From a virus: 64,000 nt of DNA. The stretch covers positions 1 to 64,000 of the IMG/VR virus record IMGVR_UViG_3300017963_000242, one strand, 5' to 3'. A program made the position numbers and the translations under genes. Below are positions 58,103 through 64,000 of this stretch, piece after piece. The notes beneath the pieces are model-generated. The model saw nothing but the letters and a program-made list of their open reading frames with translations, made no database searches and was not told the origin of the DNA. Position 1 is the first letter of the stretch. Each line of letters starts with the position of its first letter.

Positions 58103-59287
58103 TTAAGCCGGGTTGTCGGAACCGGCATAAAGCTCGTTCACCTTCCACCCTACATTGCCCAGCGAAATAGACAGAGCGATGTAGGCGGGATTGACACGAG
58201 TGTCAATCCCGTATGCTGGCAAGTCCTTCCGCGTCCCATCGGGTAACACCGCGCCCCCCACTTGCGCGATTTTGCTTAGATAGTTATTGTCAAAACTTAC
58301 CACATCGTCACCTAGCGCCGCCATGTGTGCAAGCTGTGCCTTCCAGCTTCCGCCCAGCAGATGAACACGCCGCCCTTTGAACGCCTCTGTAGGCAAAGGT
58401 GTACCGCCGTGGGAGGTAGGCACAGAGTAGCCCAGCACATAGCGATCTGGTATTTGATCAAGCACGTCCACTTTCGGGATCACAATCACGTTCTCAGCGT
58501 ACTGCTCAAGCTCCATCGCCCAATCAAGCACCTGGGGCAATTCGCAGAACTCGATACCGACTTCGTCACACTGTGACTTGCTCATATAATCGCGCACGGT
58601 AGCGTACTTGGGCCGTCCCTCTCGGCAAGCTGCCAAATGCTTACCGTGGTCGTATTTCTCGTAATCGCAATCAACAAACATAAGGCCGTGACTGCCCATT
58701 ATGTTCATATTTGGACAAAATGCCTTTCCTGATTGTAGCCCATAGCCGAACCCGGCCATAGCCGCCAAGCAACACGACGCCGGAAAAGTGGCAGTATAAA
58801 TCGCATCAATCGGTAGCTGGCGCGGATTCGGTTTGGCGCTCTTCGGTACGCCTAACAAATCTCCCGGCTCATCCCACCCCACCAACTCCCCCTCTTCGAA
58901 CCCCCAGTCGAGCAGGTCGGACATCTCGAACGACGACGCCAACTCATCCCAGTCCCACTGGCCCGTCGTGCCCTTGTGCAAGTACACCACCAACTTTTGC
59001 CGCTCTTGCTCCGTCAGCGCCCGCGACGACACGCGCACGTCTACCTCGTAATCCGGGCCAAACTGCGGCAGCACGCTCCACACGAGTTTTCTCTGATGCC
59101 CATCATACACTTCGTTAGTCGGGCCTATGGCGATGGTTTGAATCTGGCCGAACTCAGCCAGCGACTCGCCCAGCCGCTCGGCCTCACGTTTGTTGATCTC
59201 ACGCGGGTTGTGCTCCCACGGAACAAGATCACGTAGCTTGCGGCGCTCATTCGTCCAAGTTATCGGTTCACTGTGCAAGTCGCCCAT
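58103..59287 (-). CDS. ParB-N domain fused to TGT/DpdA-like (DUF6610-like) domain
   Basis: LVPWEHNPR..FG..DGHQR ParB-N; C-terminal FVD, YATVRD, VHLLGGS, SFD. Confidence 0.7.
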   Translation of the reverse strand: MGDLHSEPITWTNERRKLRDLVPWEHNPREINKREAERLGESLAEFGQIQTIAIGPTNEVYDGHQRKLVWSVLPQFGPDYEVDVRVSSRALTEQERQKLVVYLHKGTTGQWDWDELASSFEMSDLLDWGFEEGELVGWDEPGDLLGVPKSAKPNPRQLPIDAIYTATFPASCCLAAMAGFGYGLQSGKAFCPNMNIMGSHGLMFVDCDYEKYDHGKHLAACREGRPKYATVRDYMSKSQCDEVGIEFCELPQVLDWAMELEQYAENVIVIPKVDVLDQIPDRYVLGYSVPTSHGGTPLPTEAFKGRRVHLLGGSWKAQLAHMAALGDDVVSFDNNYLSKIAQVGGAVLPDGTRKDLPAYGIDTRVNPAYIALSISLGNVGWKVNELYAGSDNPA

Positions 59288-59613
59288 ACTCTACCTTTCC
59301 AACACAAAACGCGGCGAACCAAACATCTCGCCGCGTTACTTACTAATGTAGAAAAACCAGGCTGGTCGCCTGGCTGAATGTCGTCCCGATGCTGTTGTTA
59401 TAGCATCGTCCATTTGTAGTCCTAAATCGGGGCGTGGACAAGACGGGGGGGAGCCTTATCCACAACCCCATGAACAAGCGCATTTGCGCTTTTCACCAAA
59501 GACCGCGCCGCCGTTGTCTACTCACTCATCCCGATTACGACGACGCGGCCCTAAGGAGAACACAGAACCGAAAGACTGTTGCCCAAGCAGTAGAAAGGAA
59601 GGTTCTGTATCAC
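59288..59613 (-). ncRNA. Highly structured ~325-nt late-operon leader
   Basis: About seven consecutive hairpins, last two followed by U-rich runs. Confidence 0.55.
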
Positions 59614-59619
59614 ATTCTC

Positions 59620-59653
59620 ATTATACTCGATTCCCGGCAGGATGTCAAGCTAT
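59620..59653 (-). promoter_or_regulatory. Leftward promoter L1 (late operon)
   Basis: TTGACA 59648-59643, 17 bp, TATAAT 59625-59620. Confidence 0.85.
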
Positions 59654-59689
59654 ATCCCAAACAAATCCCAATCCAGACTGGTCATATCC

Positions 59690-59754
59690 CAACCTTAAAT
59701 TTCCAAAAAGACTTGACAACTTCCAGAAAAGGTGCTATAATACTTATGAGGTTA
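59690..59754 (+). promoter_or_regulatory. Early sigma70-type promoter (repeated family), divergent from L1
   Basis: CAACCTTAA, TTGACA 59713-59718, TATAAT 59736-59741, TGAGGTTA. Confidence 0.85.
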
Positions 59755-59781
59755 AGGAACCCGACACACAAGGAGGCCCAA

Positions 59782-60171
59782 ATGAAGACCTACAGCAAGC
59801 GGTATCTTGAGAGCCTAGATGTTCGATTTGACCGAGTTCCTAATCTGAACGAAGTCGAAGTCTCTTGGAAAGAGCGCGGATATAGACAGGCTTTGCGGGT
59901 CTGCGCAATGAACAGCGACAAATTCTGCATTGCAAGACCTGGCCTTGGTGGAACGTTTCGGCTCTCTTATGACTGGGTATTCCAGACCCTTCCACTCGTT
60001 GGAACTGGACCGAAGACAATCAAGGCGCACCTGCTCGACAGCAGGCACACCTGCTACCGCTATACTCACCATGGCGATGAACTGATGACGAACCTGTTAA
60101 CCTCGATGCTAGACGTGGCACGCAAGATGCTGCTGAAAGAGGTTGCCCAACACGAAAGGAAATCCAGATGA
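59782..60171 (+). CDS. Early hypothetical protein
   Basis: AAGGAGG RBS; start MKTYS within track ORF. Confidence 0.6.
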   Translation: MKTYSKRYLESLDVRFDRVPNLNEVEVSWKERGYRQALRVCAMNSDKFCIARPGLGGTFRLSYDWVFQTLPLVGTGPKTIKAHLLDSRHTCYRYTHHGDELMTNLLTSMLDVARKMLLKEVAQHERKSR

Positions 60172-60776
60172 ACAAGTGCCCAAACTGCAAGAAAACTTTT
60201 GTAGACATTGGCGAGGGATGCCGAGAGATTCTTGGATGCCCCAAGTGTGGACTCTATAAAGAGGACGCCGAACGAGTAGTTCAGAACCAGCGCAATCGCG
60301 CGCCCATCCCCGCCCCCGAACCCACCCCCGAACCAGAACCCGAAGATACCTGGACCGCCGACTGCAAGTGGATGAAAAGGTTGACACTCAAAATGGCCGA
60401 AGAACACGGTCTTGAAATGAGAGTCACCTGGGGGAAAGCGTATAGCTGGCATCGCAAGCGCGGCGGCCAACCCCACCGCATCCACTACGGAGCCGAGGAC
60501 ATCTTTGACACCAAGACTAATGGGATGCGCGAGTATCCCACTTGGGCGCACATCTGGCGCGCCCAGAGCAAAATCACCCGCGACCACAACGTGGCCCTCC
60601 TTGTCGATATGACTGGACGCAAGGGATTGTGGGGCGTCGTCCTCCACGAATTTGGGCACGCGGTGGCGAAAGAAAACGGATACCGGGTGCGCGGCAGCGC
60701 ACATAATGAAGGTTGGGCGAGCGCGGTCAAAGACCTTCAGGAGCTTTATCCATTTGAAGAAGTCAATAGCCTGTAG
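60168..60776 (+). CDS. Zn finger plus SprT-like zinc metalloprotease
   Basis: CPNC/CPKC; LHEFGH...H..GW. Confidence 0.6.
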   Translation: MNKCPNCKKTFVDIGEGCREILGCPKCGLYKEDAERVVQNQRNRAPIPAPEPTPEPEPEDTWTADCKWMKRLTLKMAEEHGLEMRVTWGKAYSWHRKRGGQPHRIHYGAEDIFDTKTNGMREYPTWAHIWRAQSKITRDHNVALLVDMTGRKGLWGVVLHEFGHAVAKENGYRVRGSAHNEGWASAVKDLQELYPFEEVNSL

Positions 60777-60847
60777 AAAGGACTCAACTCCTGCAAAACC
60801 TGCTATAATGTGTATGAAGTTAAAAACACCCACCCAGGAGGCACAAT

Positions 60848-61186
60848 ATGAGCAGCTACGACGAACTGATGGGAAAAGTTAACCGAAGAGCAGAAGCCCG
60901 ACGCGCAAGCGACCGAGCGGTCGCCAAGGCCACCCGGCAGACCATCGAAGAGTTTGACGCAGACGCCACCGCACCCGACCCGCGCACCGAAGACGAGCCT
61001 CTGCCCAAGCCGACCAGGTGGCACAGCGCCCATAGAGCCAGTCAGATTGCCGACCAGCTTTCTTCTGGTGAATTTAGCAAAGCCACAGCCTGGACCTATG
61101 AAGTGGTTCTCGATGACAAAGACGATGATTATGCCGCCGTCGCCGTGTTCGATGAGACCGGCGAATTTGTGACCTACTGGAACTAG
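60848..61186 (+). CDS. Acidic early hypothetical protein
   Basis: AGGAGG RBS; TGCTATAAT at 60801-60809 upstream. Confidence 0.6.
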   Translation: MSSYDELMGKVNRRAEARRASDRAVAKATRQTIEEFDADATAPDPRTEDEPLPKPTRWHSAHRASQIADQLSSGEFSKATAWTYEVVLDDKDDDYAAVAVFDETGEFVTYWN

Positions 61187-61206
61187 CACCAGAAAGGAAT
61201 CACCCA

Positions 61207-61683
61207 ATGACCAGTCAAATGCCGACCATCGGCCTTGACCATCTGACCCCCGAAGAACGCAAAATCGCGCAAGGAATTGTCGCCAGCCGTGGCAAGAACA
61301 AAGGCCGCTTGCGGGCCAGCAAGCCCAAGGTCGAGCGACACATCGCCCGCTACGAGCACTATGACTTGCCCAGTGGCCCTTACGAAAGCCCAGTCTATGA
61401 ACCCGACCGCGACCAAGGCGAAACCGCCTATGTCTGGCGGATGGTGGCCTTTGCAGTCAGTCCCAAGAGCCAGCACCATTGCCTGCCTTGTACCGCCGGC
61501 TTTGACATTCCCGGCAAGTGGAGCGAGAAACGCGCCAGGCTGGACGAATTGAACGCCCTGGCCGACAAGATCATCAGTGTTATCCCTGCCCGCCAACATC
61601 GCGGCACAATCCGGTGGGGACAAGCCTTCGGGCAAATCGGAACGCCCCAAGTTGCGCCTGATGGTTCGATAGTTTATCGCTAG
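61207..61683 (+). CDS. Early hypothetical protein
   Basis: GAAAGGA RBS. Confidence 0.6.
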   Translation: MTSQMPTIGLDHLTPEERKIAQGIVASRGKNKGRLRASKPKVERHIARYEHYDLPSGPYESPVYEPDRDQGETAYVWRMVAFAVSPKSQHHCLPCTAGFDIPGKWSEKRARLDELNALADKIISVIPARQHRGTIRWGQAFGQIGTPQVAPDGSIVYR

Positions 61684-61738
61684 TCTCCCGCCCAGCCCGG
61701 AGCCGCTAGGTTCCGGGCACTATAGAAAGGAAATCCCG

Positions 61739-61939
61739 ATGACAGATCAAGTTAACCGCCCCGACTTCGTGACAGATGACCACTTGGAATATCTTGATGC
61801 CTTGCGCGAAAGCGGCGCAACCAATATGTTCGGCGCGACACCATATGTAGAATCTACCTTCGGAATGAGCCGAAAAGAAGCCATGGCTGTGCTTATGTAC
61901 TGGATGAACACGTTCTCAGAGCGCCATTCCGATGACTAA
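61739..61939 (+). CDS. Small conserved phage protein
   Basis: YLDALRESGATNMFGA motif. Confidence 0.65.
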   Translation: MTDQVNRPDFVTDDHLEYLDALRESGATNMFGATPYVESTFGMSRKEAMAVLMYWMNTFSERHSDD

Positions 61940-62240
61940 CATCGCCATCCCACCCACCGAGCCATATCCATTCGGCACGGTATTGTCCATCAAGCCCGGT
62001 CGCCACGAACTGCTAACCGCTGTGGTATTCAGCAGCGACCCGCCCAAGTGTGGCAACGGTTATAGGTATCGGTGTCTCTTTCCCTGGATCGGCCACCGGC
62101 CACAAGTCGCCAAAGTCTACTCCGACGAAATCCTTGCTGTGGCCGACCAAGACGCCGGTGACATCCTATGCAGTGGATGTTCACCTGCTACCCGTGAGCG
62201 TTGTCGCTTGCAAGGCATCACGCCTCAAACGTGCTGCTAG
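61932..62240 (+). CDS. Hypothetical protein
   Basis: Coupled ORF, Cys-rich end. Confidence 0.5.
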   Translation: MTNIAIPPTEPYPFGTVLSIKPGRHELLTAVVFSSDPPKCGNGYRYRCLFPWIGHRPQVAKVYSDEILAVADQDAGDILCSGCSPATRERCRLQGITPQTCC

Positions 62241-62252
62241 AAAGGAAACCTA

Positions 62253-63299
62253 ATGACTGAGAATTTTGACTGGACAGCGTTTCAAGACGAAGTTGACTAT
62301 GCATCATACTCCCTCGACGATGACAAGCTGCGCGTTTTCTCTGGCCGTGTGACATCCGAACTGTACGACGAATTCAAGTCGAACGGCTGGAATCGAGCCT
62401 ACAAGCAAGGCTGCTTTTTCGCCAAATGGACGCCACGGCGAGAAGACATTGCCCTTGCTCTTTGTGAAGAAATCGTAGACGAAGACTCGACCGCCGAAGA
62501 CCGAGCAAAAGAACGATCCGAACGGTTTGCCGGATACTCTGAGCACGCCACCGAACGCGCCCAAGACGCACGCGACCGATCTGACGCCATCAGTCGAAAC
62601 ATTCCATTCGGTCAGCCTATCCTCGTAGGACACCACAGCGAGAAACGCCATCGGCGCGATATTGACCGGATGTGGAAGTTGACCGGAAAGTCTGTCGAAG
62701 AGGGCCGCAAGGCTGAATACTGGCAGCGTCGAGCAGATGCCGCCATACGTCATGCCGAGGCCCGATACGAACCTGGCAAGATTGCGCGGCGCGTTAAAAA
62801 GTTAGGTGCTGAAAAGCGCAAGAAACAGCGCGAGAGAAACACCAACAAGTCGCACATGCGCGAGTATGTCATCAAAGACCATTATCCCGACTTGGCCTAC
62901 TATGACCGTCCTCGCTATGGCGAACTGGACAATACCGAGCGTTCAAAAGTGGACGCCGACATCGCCGCCCGTGTTGCCCGACACGAACAATGGTCTGACC
63001 GCTGGATCGAGCACCTGGACAGTCAGATCGCCTACTGGCAAGCTATCTATAACGAGGTCAAGCCGGACGACCTGCCTGAAGCTGGCGAGCAGTTTCCGCT
63101 CAAGAAGGGCTGCTGGGTGAAATCGTCCTATTATCGAGGCGCGTGGGGCAAGGTCCAGCGCGTGAACAAAAGCCGTGACAAACGAATCAGCAGCGTAACG
63201 ATTGACGAAAACAACGTTATCGGTGTAAAGTTCTTTGTACGCCGATGGGACTATACCGAACTGACTGCCTGGTCAGAGACAAGGCCGGAGGTAGAGTGA
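62253..63299 (+). CDS. DUF3560-family protein
   Basis: IPFGQPILVGHHSEKRHRRD signature. Confidence 0.85.
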   Translation: MTENFDWTAFQDEVDYASYSLDDDKLRVFSGRVTSELYDEFKSNGWNRAYKQGCFFAKWTPRREDIALALCEEIVDEDSTAEDRAKERSERFAGYSEHATERAQDARDRSDAISRNIPFGQPILVGHHSEKRHRRDIDRMWKLTGKSVEEGRKAEYWQRRADAAIRHAEARYEPGKIARRVKKLGAEKRKKQRERNTNKSHMREYVIKDHYPDLAYYDRPRYGELDNTERSKVDADIAARVARHEQWSDRWIEHLDSQIAYWQAIYNEVKPDDLPEAGEQFPLKKGCWVKSSYYRGAWGKVQRVNKSRDKRISSVTIDENNVIGVKFFVRRWDYTELTAWSETRPEVE

Positions 63300-63601
63300 A
63301 TATCACAGAAGCCCAAGTGTCCCAAGTTGAGAAGCGCGGTGATGCATATGCTATCCCACCTATTATAGTTTGCAAGAGGCATCTGCATCTTGCCCTAACC
63401 GTGCTCTATGATCTGATGCAGTACGGCGAGTCGTTGACGCAAGTCGCCCCACTGAAACAGCGGCTCGACGTTCCACCCAAGTGGACTCGGCGCGATATAG
63501 AGCAGTACATTGAACTGAACAGTGGTCGCATCGTCATCGACGAATGGCTCAGTCCGGTCGGATGGACTGGACACATCGAGCCTGTTGAAACCCAACCTTA
63601 A
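63296..63601 (+). CDS. Hypothetical protein
   Basis: GTG overlapping upstream stop, GGAGG RBS. Confidence 0.5.
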   Translation: MNITEAQVSQVEKRGDAYAIPPIIVCKRHLHLALTVLYDLMQYGESLTQVAPLKQRLDVPPKWTRRDIEQYIELNSGRIVIDEWLSPVGWTGHIEPVETQP

Positions 63602-63658
63602 ATTTTAGCAAAAGGCTTGACAAAACCTTGCAAATCTGCTATAATATTTGTGAGGTTG
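63593..63658 (+). promoter_or_regulatory. Early sigma70-type promoter (repeated family)
   Basis: CAACCTTAA, TTGACA 63617-63622, TATAAT 63640-63645, TGAGGTTG. Confidence 0.85.
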
Positions 63659-63683
63659 AAAACGCCCACACAAGGAGATGCAG

Positions 63684-64000
63684 ATGCTAAAGTTGGTTCA
63701 GAGACAGAAGATGGATTTTCTCAGAGTTTGGAACCTTGGATATAGACTGTTCGATCAGTTCCGTGGGGATAGCCTAAGTGGCATTGACGACTTGTCAATG
63801 CTCAGTGTCTATGATACCGAAACCGGACAGTACCACCCGTTTAACCGCGAAGACTTGTCCGCTGCGGTCAACGCCGCCAACAAAAAGACCCCGATGCGCC
63901 ATCAGCACACATACCGGCTCTATGCAAGATTCCACAGAACGTTCACCGGTAAGCTCCGGTTCGACGGTGTTGAGATCATCGACGCCTTGGCTTTGACCAG
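63684..64000 (+). CDS. Early hypothetical protein, 3'-truncated by window end
   Basis: AAGGAG RBS; open frame MLKLVQRQK... to end. Confidence 0.55.
   Translation, partial: MLKLVQRQKMDFLRVWNLGYRLFDQFRGDSLSGIDDLSMLSVYDTETGQYHPFNREDLSAAVNAANKKTPMRHQHTYRLYARFHRTFTGKLRFDGVEIIDALALT

Noticed and set aside
59288-59420. preQ1 riboswitch upstream of the ParB fusion
   Set aside because: No aptamer consensus there; the match lies at 58059-58094
59434-59781. N-terminal extension of the 245-aa track ORF
   Set aside because: Runs through divergent promoters; a strong RBS supports a start at 59782
1-64000. Integrase, att sites or host flanks
   Set aside because: None recognised; lifestyle and genome ends cannot be determined from this window

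Overview
This window is a 64-kb segment of a tailed dsDNA phage or prophage genome (siphovirus-type; GC-rich). The host is probably Chloroflexota/Anaerolineae, an inference from protein families and a CRISPR-repeat-like sequence. Plus-strand early regions (1-7.8 kb, 59.7-64 kb, plus two islands at 10.1-11.6 and 12.7-13.65 kb) are driven by strong sigma70-type promoters, four of which form one repeated family. They encode an ERF recombinase, an exonuclease, a membrane/FtsK module, Gp37Gp68, DUF3560 and many small proteins. A long minus-strand late region (59.6 to 7.9 kb) runs: ParB-N/TGT-like fusion, preQ1 riboswitch, QueT, terminases, portal, MuF, ChaB-ART, DUF2213 protease, capsid, head-tail genes, a ~10-kb glycosyl/sulfo/methyltransferase cluster, tail genes, glycoside hydrolases and holin-like genes. 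Highlights: (1) a preQ1-I riboswitch-controlled QueT beside a ParB-TGT-like enzyme, a candidate salvage-based 7-deazaguanine DNA modification system. (2) Three head-module proteins share a KGPG(K/R)GW(H/W)GP..GTHG tag placed before different effector domains. (3) A glycan sulfation/methylation cluster sits inside the virion genes. (4) A candidate anti-CRISPR island carries a CRISPR-repeat-like unit. (5) A TraB/Spd-like FtsK module has clt-like repeats. (6) Paired late promoters have structured leaders, and boxA-like sites occur along the late strand. All family calls come from motif recognition; no database search was run.
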